32,000 nt of DNA from Candidatus Saccharimonadota bacterium (GTDB taxonomy: Bacteria > Bacteroidota > Bacteroidia > Flavobacteriales > Blattabacteriaceae): positions 240,001 to 272,000 of the forward strand of contig NZ_OZ034981.1 in the NCBI RefSeq assembly GCF_964030875.1, given 5' to 3'. A program made the translations under genes and the position numbers. Shown here piece after piece: positions 16,717 to 25,760 of the stretch. Below the pieces are notes generated by a model that did not search any database, was not told the origin of the DNA, and saw only the letters and a program-made list of their open reading frames with translations. Within the stretch, counting starts at the first letter, position 1. Each line of letters begins with the position of its first letter.

Positions 16717-17589
16717 TTAATGTATGTGTTTATATGCATGATAAGAAGAACGTACCAACGCACCGCTTTCTACATGTCTAAATCCCATTTTTAACCCTAT
16801 TTCTTCATATTTTTTAAATTGTTTTGGAGTTATAAACTCTTTTACCGGGAAATGTTTTTTTGTCGGTTGTAAATACTGTCCTATAGTGATGATATCTACG
16901 CCTGAAGATTTTAAAACTTCCATCAGTTCAAGAACTTCTATTTCAGTTTCTCCCAATCCTAGCATAATTCCACTCTTTATTCTAGGTTGTCCCATTCTTT
17001 TTAAATAACGTAATACTTCTAGGCTACGATAAAATTTCGCTTGTATTCTTACCTCTCTACTTAGTCTAGAAATAGTTTCCATATTATGAGAAACAACTTC
17101 CGGACGTTCACGAAGGATTTTATCTAAAAAAAATGTATTTCCTTTAAAATCAGGGATAAGAGTTTCTAGTGTGGTGCTTGGATTGAATATCCGAATTTTT
17201 CGTATGGTATCTACCCAAATAAACGAACCCATATCCTTTAGATCGTCTCGATTTACCGAAGTAATAACTGCATGTTTTATATGCATTAGTTTTATAGAGA
17301 TAGCTATCTTTTTAGGCTCTTCCCAGTCAATATTTTCTGGTAGGCCTGTTTTTACGCCACAAAATCTACAAGATCTCGTACAAATATTTCCAAGAATCAT
17401 AAAAGTAGCTACCCCTCTACCCCAGCACTCTCCTATGTTTGGACAGATTCCACTTTGACAAATGGTATGAAGATTATATTGGTCAACCAACCGACGAATT
17501 TTCCTATAATTTTCCCCTGTAGGTAGTTTAACACGAATCCAATTAGGTTTAACAGAATTTTTCTTAGGTGGATCTTTCTTTTCTCTCAT
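16717..17589 (-). CDS. lipA: Lipoyl synthase
   Basis: 290 aa. The radical-SAM CRFCGV (CxxxCxxC context [10 protein letters not shown]) is present, along with the N-terminal auxiliary cluster cysteines ([12 protein letters not shown]). Confidence 0.93.
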   Translation of the reverse strand: MREKKDPPKKNSVKPNWIRVKLPTGENYRKIRRLVDQYNLHTICQSGICPNIGECWGRGVATFMILGNICTRSCRFCGVKTGLPENIDWEEPKKIAISIKLMHIKHAVITSVNRDDLKDMGSFIWVDTIRKIRIFNPSTTLETLIPDFKGNTFFLDKILRERPEVVSHNMETISRLSREVRIQAKFYRSLEVLRYLKRMGQPRIKSGIMLGLGETEIEVLELMEVLKSSGVDIITIGQYLQPTKKHFPVKEFITPKQFKKYEEIGLKMGFRHVESGALVRSSYHAYKHIH

Positions 17590-17801
17590 AGTTTCAATCT
17601 ACTGTTTTTTTTTTACAATGATAATACAGTAGTAGATTTTGCTCTTGGGCTACGAGGGATGTGTAATCACCCTTATCACGAAATCCCCAAGGGTATACAG
17701 ACTTCTTAAGTTTTATTGCATGTATACGGCATTCTCCTCTTCTAGATCATACTAGCCGAATAAGTTACTAAATTTGAGGTTACTCACATAAGAAAATCAG
17801 T

Positions 17802-18560
17802 ATGATTAGGAAATTACAAGAAGTTACTGTAGAAAAAAAGCTTAGAGATTTGTATGACTTACAAATCATAGATTCTCGTATAGACGAAATAAACTCTCTT
17901 ATAGAGAACTTTCCAATAGAAATTCAAGAAATTGAAAATGAAGTAAAAAAGTTACAAAAGAAAGTTGAAAAAATCCATAAAGAAATTTATTTCTATCGCA
18001 GTTCCTTACAGAAAAAAAAAGAAATGATAAAAGAGGACGAAAATGATATAAAAAAACAGCAAGATAAAATCCGGAATAATCGTGAATTAAAATCTTTAAG
18101 TAAGGAAATAGAATCCCAAGAACTTGAAATAGAGTTAGCTAACAAAAACATTAAGGATTTTGAAATGAAACTCTCTCAAAAAGAGTCTCTCCTTGAGGAA
18201 TCCGAAATTCTTTACAAGAAAAAGAAAGAACACGTTTTGAAAAAAAGAAAAGAACTTTATAGAGTTATACAATACTATCAAAAAGAGCAAAAAATATTAT
18301 TAAAATATTCGGTGATTTTTTCAAAAAAAATAGAACCTCATTTATTAAAAAAATACAATCGGATACGTTCTAAAGTTAAAAATGGTTTAGCTATTGTTAC
18401 AGTAGATAGAGGGGCTTCAGGTGGATCTTTCTTTATCATTCCGATGCAGGAATATTTAGACATCATACAACGGAAAAAAATAGTTATTGATGCACATAGC
18501 GGATGTATAGTAATTGACGCTGCTTTAGCAGAAGAGGAACGTAAAAGAATTTTGTCTTAA
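17802..18560 (+). CDS. COG1579/DUF164-like coiled-coil protein (family usually annotated as C4-type zinc-ribbon domain protein)
   Basis: 252 aa. It has a long Lys/Glu coiled coil, then a C-terminal NGLAIVTVDRGASGGSFFIIPMQ...KKIVIDAHSGCIVID. This matches the family's ribbon region in spacing but not in cysteines. Confidence 0.6.
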   Translation: MIRKLQEVTVEKKLRDLYDLQIIDSRIDEINSLIENFPIEIQEIENEVKKLQKKVEKIHKEIYFYRSSLQKKKEMIKEDENDIKKQQDKIRNNRELKSLSKEIESQELEIELANKNIKDFEMKLSQKESLLEESEILYKKKKEHVLKKRKELYRVIQYYQKEQKILLKYSVIFSKKIEPHLLKKYNRIRSKVKNGLAIVTVDRGASGGSFFIIPMQEYLDIIQRKKIVIDAHSGCIVIDAALAEEERKRILS

Positions 18561-18580
18561 ACAATTATAGCCCATTAAAT

Positions 18581-18604
18581 AAAAGGATTTTTCCTTACTA
18601 TTAT
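18581..18604. repeat. Copy 1 of an exact 24-nt direct repeat (aaaaggatttttccttactattat)
   Basis: Read directly. It abuts the mnmA stop codon at 18605-18607. Confidence 0.95.
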
Positions 18605-19762
18605 TTAGTCAATTATTCCTGAGCCAATGAGTTCTTCACCAAGATACCAAGCAACAAACTGTCCTTCAGTAATTGCCCATTGTGGTTGTTCAAATATAGT
18701 ATAAAGTCCAATTTTTACTTTATGTAAAAAAGCTCTCTGTAGAGGTTGTCTGTATCGTATTCTACATGTAACTTCTAGGCTTTTACCATTATTCAATGCT
18801 AGATCAGATCTGACCCAATGAATATCATTTTCCTTAATAAATAAGGCTCTTTTATAAAGTCCTGGATGATTTTTTCCCATACCAACATATACTATATTTT
18901 TCTCAATATCTGTATCTATAACAAAAAGCCTTTCAATCTGTCCTCCTATTCGTAACCCTTTTCTTTGTCCTTTAGTGAAATAATACGCACCAGGATGGGA
19001 TCCTATCACCTTTCCACAATTCCTGTTATAAATCGTCTTTTTTGCCATCATCGACCACGTTTCTTCTTTATGTTCCGTAAACACTACATGATTTGAAGGA
19101 ATCTTTATAATATCTCCATATTGGGGTTTTATTTTTTTCTTAAGAAAATCAGGTAGTTTAACTTTTCCTACAAAACAAAGCCCTTGTGAATCTTTTTTAT
19201 GAGCTGTTATTAACCCAATTTTTTCAGCATATTTTCTTACCTCCCTTTTTTTTAGTTTCCCTAATGGAAAAAAACTTTTACTCAATTGTTCCTGATTAAG
19301 TTGACAAAGAAAATAGGATTGATCTTTCTCATGATCTATTCCTGCTAACAATCGGTATATATCACGATGGTTCTTAAATAATTTTTCTCGTCTAGCATAA
19401 TGACCTGTAGCAATAAAATCAGCTTTAAGTGAAAGTGATTTTGTCAAAAACAAATCGAATTTTATTTCACGATTGCATAATATATCTGGATTAGGGGTAC
19501 GTCCATTAGCATATTCTTGAAACATATATTCTATAATACGTTTATCATACATTTCACTCATATCTAGTATATGAAAAGGTATCCCTAGTTGTTGTGCCAC
19601 AAACATAGCATCAGTACTATCTTCTCTCCAGGAACATTCTTGCTCTGCATTGTTACAATGATGCATAAAAACACCTATAACTTCATAACCTTGTTCTTTT
19701 AATAGCCATGCTGCTACACTAGAATCTACTCCTCCCGATAGACCTACTACTACTCTTGGCAA
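18605..19762 (-). CDS. mnmA: tRNA-specific 2-thiouridylase
   Basis: 385 aa. The N-terminus has the PP-loop VVVGLSGGVDSSVAAWLL, and catalytic cysteines sit in the expected context (NPDILCN, GLCF). Confidence 0.92.
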   Translation of the reverse strand: MPRVVVGLSGGVDSSVAAWLLKEQGYEVIGVFMHHCNNAEQECSWREDSTDAMFVAQQLGIPFHILDMSEMYDKRIIEYMFQEYANGRTPNPDILCNREIKFDLFLTKSLSLKADFIATGHYARREKLFKNHRDIYRLLAGIDHEKDQSYFLCQLNQEQLSKSFFPLGKLKKREVRKYAEKIGLITAHKKDSQGLCFVGKVKLPDFLKKKIKPQYGDIIKIPSNHVVFTEHKEETWSMMAKKTIYNRNCGKVIGSHPGAYYFTKGQRKGLRIGGQIERLFVIDTDIEKNIVYVGMGKNHPGLYKRALFIKENDIHWVRSDLALNNGKSLEVTCRIRYRQPLQRAFLHKVKIGLYTIFEQPQWAITEGQFVAWYLGEELIGSGIID

Positions 19763-19786
19763 GACGTTAAATTTTTATTGTATAGA

Positions 19787-20890
19787 TTAAAACATCTCTC
19801 TGACACGATCAAAAAAGGATTTTTCCTTACTATTATGTGGAAGAAAATTATCGTCCTCTTTCATTTTTTCAAACATTTCTCTTTGTTCACGACTGATTTT
19901 TTTAGGAATCCATACATTAATATGGATTAGCATATCTCCATGACCACGTCCTTCAATATTAGGGATTCCCTTTCCCTTAAGACGTAAAATTTTTCCTGAG
20001 GGGGTTCCGGATTCTATAGTAATGCGTGCTTTACTTCCTAAGGTAGGCACTTCTTTAGTGGTTCCTAAAACAGATTCAGGTATAGATATATACAGGTCAT
20101 AGTGTAAGTTTATACCTTCACGTTGGAGTTTTTCATGTGGAATTTCTTCAATTAAAGCAATCAAATCTCCATTCAGACCCTCAGGGGCTTCATTTCCTTT
20201 TCCAGATACTTTAAGCTGCATACCTTCTGTTACTCCCGCAGGAATCTGGATCTTTACGAGTTCCTCCTCCTTAATCATCCCTTGACTATTAGCTCCAACA
20301 GGAATATGATCTATAATTTTTCCTCTGCCTTGGCATGCTCCACAAGTACTCAGAGTTTGCATTCTTCCTAAGAAAGTATTGGTAATCTTAGAAAATTGTC
20401 CATTTCCCTTACAATGTCTACATATTTTAAAGCTTACCCCTTTGGCCATTTTCATTCTACGGACTTTTACTTTCTTTTCTACACCCTTGTAAATTTCTTC
20501 TAAGGAGAGTTTTATTCTAATTCTAAGATCACTTCCTTTTATACGTTTTTTTCTAGTATCTCCTCCAAAACCTGAAAACGCACCTTCAAAAGCATCACCA
20601 AAAATCTCCCCCAAATTAGCAAAGATATCCTCCATATTCATGCCTGCTCCCTCAGAATAGGAGTTGACGATGCCGGAATGTCCAAACTGATCATATTTTT
20701 TTCTTTTCTCAGGAGAACTCAACACTTCATAAGCCTCAGCAGCTTCCTTAAATTTTTCTTCTGCTGTCTTATTTCCAGGATTTTTATCGGGATGATAATG
20801 TATAGCAAGTTTCCTATAAGCTTTTTTAATCTCTTCTGCAGAGGCATTTCTTGAGACTCCTAATATTTCGTAATAATCTCTTTTTGCCAT
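19787..20890 (-). CDS. dnaJ: Chaperone DnaJ, with only two of the usual four CxxCxGxG motifs
   Basis: The J domain reads [12 protein letters not shown]...HPDKN, followed by a G/F region, then CRHCKGNG and CGACQGRG. The ATG at 20890 is preferred over the track's TTG at 20908. Confidence 0.9.
   Translation of the reverse strand: MAKRDYYEILGVSRNASAEEIKKAYRKLAIHYHPDKNPGNKTAEEKFKEAAEAYEVLSSPEKRKKYDQFGHSGIVNSYSEGAGMNMEDIFANLGEIFGDAFEGAFSGFGGDTRKKRIKGSDLRIRIKLSLEEIYKGVEKKVKVRRMKMAKGVSFKICRHCKGNGQFSKITNTFLGRMQTLSTCGACQGRGKIIDHIPVGANSQGMIKEEELVKIQIPAGVTEGMQLKVSGKGNEAPEGLNGDLIALIEEIPHEKLQREGINLHYDLYISIPESVLGTTKEVPTLGSKARITIESGTPSGKILRLKGKGIPNIEGRGHGDMLIHINVWIPKKISREQREMFEKMKEDDNFLPHNSKEKSFFDRVREMF
19813..19836. 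repeat. Copy 2 of the exact 24-nt direct repeat
   Basis: Read directly. It lies inside the 3' end of dnaJ, encoding HNSKEKSF on the minus strand, 1232 nt from copy 1. Confidence 0.95.
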
Positions 20891-20897
20891 GACATGT

Positions 20898-21365
20898 TTA
20901 TTTACCAACGATAACTTTCGCGTGTCGAATTACTTTATTATGTAAACTGTAACCACTTTCTACTATTTCTATAATCCTTCCTTTTAATTCTTCTGAAGGA
21001 GATAACGTCTGAGTAATAGCTTCATGATAATCTGTATTAAAAGAATCTCCTTTTTTAACTTGTATTTCTTTAAGCCCGTTTTCTTTAAGAATTCGGAACA
21101 ATTTATCTTGTATTAATTCAACACCTCGAATAATGTCATCATTTTTTGATTTTTTTATTTCCGATATACCTCTTTCAAAATCATCTAGTACAGGAATTAA
21201 GGTTATCATAACATCCTTATGAGCAGTTTTAAATAGATCTATTCGTTCTTTATGAATACGTTTTTTATAATTTTCAAATTCAGCAAAAATCCGCAAAAAC
21301 TTATATTTTTCTTTTTCTAATTTTTTTGTAAGTTCTTGTTTAAGTGATGTATTCATAAGTGACAT
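20898..21365 (-). CDS. grpE: Nucleotide exchange factor GrpE
   Basis: [12 protein letters not shown] and the C-terminal beta domain ([16 protein letters not shown]) are present. The start is uncertain among 21422, 21365 and 21356. The first 19 residues from 21422 look non-GrpE-like. Confidence 0.85.
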   Translation of the reverse strand: MSLMNTSLKQELTKKLEKEKYKFLRIFAEFENYKKRIHKERIDLFKTAHKDVMITLIPVLDDFERGISEIKKSKNDDIIRGVELIQDKLFRILKENGLKEIQVKKGDSFNTDYHEAITQTLSPSEELKGRIIEIVESGYSLHNKVIRHAKVIVGK

Positions 21366-21462
21366 TTGGCAAAAAAAATTACAACATTCTTGCCACAAAA
21401 TATAAATCTCTAAAGATGTCATTATTAAAGCGCATTAGTATTATATTCAGAGTAAAAATAAA

Positions 21463-22668
21463 ATGGATATCTCTGATTTAATTATCATCGGTTCTGGACC
21501 GGGTGGTTCCGCTATACGAGCAGCGCAACTTGTATTTAAAACAGCTATTATTGAAAAGTATTCGACTCTTGGGTGGACTACGTCGTATGTCTTCCTTCTA
21601 AAACGCTATTAGACTCTTCAGAATATTACCAAAATGCACGACAAAATTTATTTCATTAGTTTTTTATAAAATGATGGAGAGAAAAAACCAAGTTGTATTT
21701 AAAACCTGTGAAGGAATAAAGTACCTAATAAAATTTATCATGGAACAGGTGTTTTCAAAATAAAATCTCAAGATCGTACTTCTAAAGAAATTTCTTTTCG
21801 AAACGCTATTATAGCTACTGGATACTGGATCAAAACCATCTAGTTTTCCTTATTTAAGGATAGACAAAAATAGAATCATTAGCTCTACTGAAGCTCTTTC
21901 ATTAAAAGAAATACCCAACCGTTTGGTTATTATTGGAGGAGGGGGAATTGGTATAGAAATAGGTTCTCTATATTGAAGACTAGGTAGTGATACAACAGTC
22001 ATTGAATTGTTCCTTTCATGGATCTTTCTGTGTCTAGAGAACTTAAAAAAGTCAGTAATAAAATTTGATATTTCTACCTAAGTTACTTACGCTGAATCAA
22101 ATGGTAAAGAGGTCATAGTGTTGGCAAATCCAAAATATGGAGAATCTCTTTCCTTGGTATAAGATTATGTGCTGGTAGCTGTTGGTCGAAAGCCTCAGAC
22201 AAAAGAATTGCAAAGATCGGATTAAGGGATTTAAATAAAAGATTGCAAAGCACTTGTGATAACATATATGCTATTGGGTATGGGGGAGCTATGTTAGCTC
22301 ATAAAGCTGAAGAAGAAGGTCTTTGGTCTTTTTGTAGTTGAACATATGTACGTACAGTACAAAATACGCATATTAACTATGAATTGATGCCTTCAGTAAT
22401 ATATACTTCTCCTGAGGTGGCTACAGTAGTACTCTATAAATCTTGTCAATTCCCTATGCGTGCCTTAGGTAGAACACGTGCCAGTGGCAATTTAATCCTG
22501 ATAGGAGCTCGTGCTTCTGACATGATCATGGAAGCTATTATAGCTATGGAATTTTCAGCTGATGCTGAAGATATTGCTATAATTTCACATACACATCCTT
22601 CTTTTACAGAAGCCATTCGTGAAGCAGCGCTAGCAACTACTGAAAATAGACCTAAAAATACATGGTAA
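21463..22668 (+). pseudogene. lpdA: Dihydrolipoyl dehydrogenase (E3) pseudogene
   Basis: The FAD motif is intact in [37 protein letters not shown]. The redox-disulfide motif GGTCLNVGCIPSK then reads GWTTSYV/LPSK, with both cysteines gone and a frameshift. Stops occur at 21610 and later. Only the last 94 codons (22384..22668) remain open, reading YTSPEVA...FPMRALGR...HTHPSFTEAIREAAL, and even these carry an internal deletion. Confidence 0.85.
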
Positions 22669-22720
22669 TAAAAGCTGCTGAAAATTAACCTAGAACGATT
22701 AGTAAATGTATAATTACGTT

Positions 22721-24081
22721 ATGTTTAATCAAGATACCATTGTAGCTTTAGCTACTCCTGATGGCCTCGGAGCTATTTCTGTTATACGAATTTCAGGGTC
22801 GAAGGCTTTTTCAATAGTTGAGCAAGTTTTCAAGCCGTTTAAAAAAAAAACTTAAAATTTCAACATTCTTATACATTGCATCTTGGTCATCTTGTTGATA
22901 AAGAGGAAATTTTAGACCAAATTTTAGTTGCTGTATTTAAAGCCCCACATTCTTATACAGGTGAAGATCTTCTAGAAATTTCTTGCCATGGCTCTCCTTA
23001 TATCGTACGTCGTGTTATTCAATTATTTATTAGAAAAGGAGCTCGTTCAGCCAGTGAAGGGGAATTCACATTACGTGCTTTTCTTAACGGAAAAATAGAT
23101 TTATCTCAAGCTGAAGCTATATACGATTTAATCTCTTCAACATCAAAAACTGATCATCAATTAGCAATGCATCAACTTAAAGGAGGAGTTTTAAATAAAA
23201 TTCTATACCTCCGAAAGAAACTTATCGAGTTTTCCTCCCTTATAGAATTTTCTCTAGATTTTCCAGAAGAAGATGATTCGACGTATGATAAGACACAACT
23301 TTCAAAGTTCCTAATACGGATTAAAAAACATATTCAGACTTTACTTGACTCTTTTGCCTTAGGAAATGCAATAAAAGAAGGAATTCCTGTAGTTATTGTA
23401 GGTAAACCCAATGTCGGAAAATCTACATTACTTAATGTTTTATTAAATGAAGAACGAGCTATTGTTTCAGATATTCCTGGAACTACACGAGATCTCATTG
23501 AAGATGAAATAATAATTGACGGTATACGTTTTCGTTTCATTGATACAGCAGGAATCCGTAACACACAGAATCGTGTAGAAGTTTTGGGTATTAATAAAAC
23601 TTTTGAAAAAATGCAACAAGCAAAAGTAATTTTTTATATGTTTGATGCAACCTATTTTAAAAAAAAAACTGTTGTAGAAGAAATACAAAATTTACATACA
23701 ACGTATACTGACAAAACTATTTTTATTATTGCTAATAAATCAGACCTGACTCAGGTCAAAGATTTCCCTTATGTTTTTTTTAGGATTTCAGCGAAAAAAA
23801 AAGAAGGTATACTTAGTTTATTAAAAGCACTTTATTATACGATTGATCGTAGTATGTTACAAAATCGGACTATACTGACCCATATAAGACATTATAACGC
23901 TTTACATAGATCTTTAAAGGCTATTTGCAATATTGAAAAAGGAATTCAAGAAAATCATTCAGGAGATCTACTAGCAGTAGATATACGACAAGCATTAGAA
24001 TCTATGGGAGAAATCAGTGGTGAGATTAGTAGTGAAGAATTGCTGAAAAATATTTTTTCCAAGTTTTGTATTGGAAAGTAA
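22721..24081 (+). CDS. mnmE: tRNA modification GTPase MnmE, interrupted by a frameshift in an A10 tract (a young pseudogene or rescued by slippage)
   Basis: The frame from the ATG at 22721 reads [30 protein letters not shown]...FKPFKKKT*, with the stop at 22853-22855. The remainder, [19 protein letters not shown]...[12 protein letters not shown]...DTAGIR...NKSD...CIGK, is in the -1 frame and runs to 24081. Confidence 0.85.
22841..22850 (+). other. A10 homopolymer at the mnmE frame break (candidate transcriptional or translational slippage site)
   Basis: The context is ttt-aaaaaaaaaa-ctt. One extra A, or a -1 ribosomal slip, joins the two mnmE reading frames without a stop. Confidence 0.8.
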
Positions 24082-24086
24082 CTATG

Positions 24087-24159
24087 TGACCTGGCTGGGG
24101 CTTGAACCCAGGACCCTTACATTAAAAGTGTAATGCTCTACCAACTGAGCTACCAGGTC
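24087..24159 (-). tRNA. tRNA-Lys (anticodon UUU); 3' CCA is not encoded
   Basis: The reverse complement folds as acceptor GACCTGG/CCAGGTC, D arm GCTC-AGTTGGTA-GAGC, anticodon arm TTACA-CTTTTAA-TGTAA, variable loop GGGTC and T arm CTGGG-TTCAAGC-CCCAG, with discriminator A. The downstream sequence is CATAG, not CCA. Confidence 0.93.
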
Positions 24160-24237
24160 CCTTTATTCGTAAAATGTACAATTATTTTTTGTCTTTTACA
24201 AGCTATAATTTAAATTAGGTACTAATTCTAGAAAATT

Positions 24238-24756
24238 GTGCGAGTTGTTTTAATAGGATATATGGGAAGTGGTAAAACTACTATTGGAAGAATAGTAGCT
24301 AACTATTTAAAGTATCACTTTTATGATCTAGACGAACTTATAACAATACAGGAAAAACAAAGTGTTCGAAAAATCTTTTTAGAAAAGGGTGAAGATCATT
24401 TTAGATCTATAGAAAAAAATCTTTTAGCACTGTTTTTAAAATCGAAAAAAGAGTATGTTCTTTCTGCAGGGGGAGGTACACCATGTTATGATAACAATAT
24501 TTCAATAATGAAACAATTCGCGAAGACAATTTATCTACGTTTAACTCCAGATATAATATTTAAACGTGTTTTGACTCAAAAGGATCAACGTCCTATCATA
24601 TCTCATCTCTCTGAGGAAAAACTTTTCGAATTTATTTCTCATCACCTTATACAGAGAGTCCCTTTTTATGAAAGGGCTCATTATACAATAGATGTTTATG
24701 ATAAATCTATTGACGAAATAGCTAGAGATATCCACGATTTCTTATTATCTCTATAA
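24238..24756 (+). CDS. aroK: Shikimate kinase
   Basis: 172 aa with a GTG start. VVLIGYMGSGKTTIGR is the P-loop, and the GGG motif appears as LSAGGGTP. Confidence 0.88.
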   Translation: MRVVLIGYMGSGKTTIGRIVANYLKYHFYDLDELITIQEKQSVRKIFLEKGEDHFRSIEKNLLALFLKSKKEYVLSAGGGTPCYDNNISIMKQFAKTIYLRLTPDIIFKRVLTQKDQRPIISHLSEEKLFEFISHHLIQRVPFYERAHYTIDVYDKSIDEIARDIHDFLLSL

Positions 24757-24759
24757 TTT

Positions 24760-25707
24760 ATGGATTTAAGATTATCTTTTTTCAATAACTTTAATAAAAT
24801 ACTGCCATCAAATACTAGACATATTTTAGTGGCGGTGAGTGGTGGAGTAGATAGTATGGTATTACTAGATCTTTTCCAAAATTCTATTTTTTCATTGAGC
24901 GTGGCACACGCTAATTTTCAGTTGCGTTCTATAGAGTCCGATGCTGATGAGGATTTTGTCAAAAACAAATGTCTCCAAAAACAAATACCATTTTATGGTA
25001 AACGTTTTGACATTCTTACTCATGCCAGAATGAATAAATGTTCTGTACAAATGTCTGCGAGGACTTTACGTTATAATTGGTTTTATCATTTGGTGAAAAA
25101 TCTTCATTGTGATTGTATAGTTTTAGGTCATAATCTCAATGATGAAATAGAAACTTTTTTTCTTAACTTGTCAAGAGGAACCGGGTTAAAGGGATTACTT
25201 GGAATTCCTAAAAAGGTAGGACCTATATTACGTCCGTTATTACCTTTCACTAGAAAACAAATTATGCTATATGCTAGGAGCCGGAATCTTCATTGGAGAG
25301 AGGACTCCAGTAATAAAGAATATAAATATTTACGAAATGTTATCCGGCATCGTGTAGTCCCTGTTCTCTTTAAAATTTTCCCGAATTTTGAACAAAATTT
25401 TTCTAAGACTCTCTATCACCTAAATCAGTATTATTCTCTTTCAGAACAAGCAGTTCATATATCACGAATACAAATTACAGTGATGAAGAAGATTGATCCT
25501 TTTTTATGGGAAATAAATACTGAAGTTTTAAAAAGATTTTATCCCCTAAACGGTTATCTTTTTCGTTTATTTTCTCCCTATGGGTTTAAAAATTTGCCTG
25601 ATTTAAAACGTCTTTTACAAGCACAGCCTGGAAAACAACTGTTTTCAAAATATTATCGTCTTGTAAGTGGTCAAAATCGTTGGTTACTCATGCAAAAAAA
25701 AAGATAA
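24760..25707 (+). CDS. tilS: tRNA(Ile)-lysidine synthase, short form lacking the distal C-terminal domain
   Basis: 315 aa. ILVAVSGGVDSMVLLDL is the PP-loop, with HNLNDEIETFFLNLSRGTG downstream. The gene ends right after an A9 tract at 25694-25702. Confidence 0.88.
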   Translation: MDLRLSFFNNFNKILPSNTRHILVAVSGGVDSMVLLDLFQNSIFSLSVAHANFQLRSIESDADEDFVKNKCLQKQIPFYGKRFDILTHARMNKCSVQMSARTLRYNWFYHLVKNLHCDCIVLGHNLNDEIETFFLNLSRGTGLKGLLGIPKKVGPILRPLLPFTRKQIMLYARSRNLHWREDSSNKEYKYLRNVIRHRVVPVLFKIFPNFEQNFSKTLYHLNQYYSLSEQAVHISRIQITVMKKIDPFLWEINTEVLKRFYPLNGYLFRLFSPYGFKNLPDLKRLLQAQPGKQLFSKYYRLVSGQNRWLLMQKKR

Positions 25708-25760
25708 CAGATTTAATATTATTTATTATTTTTGTTCTGTGAATAGAATCCGATTTAAAC

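Noticed and set aside
22384-22668. Track ORF of 94 aa considered as an independent gene.
   Set aside because: It is the C-terminal dimerisation domain of the lpdA pseudogene. It is in line with the upstream fragments and has no plausible independent start context.
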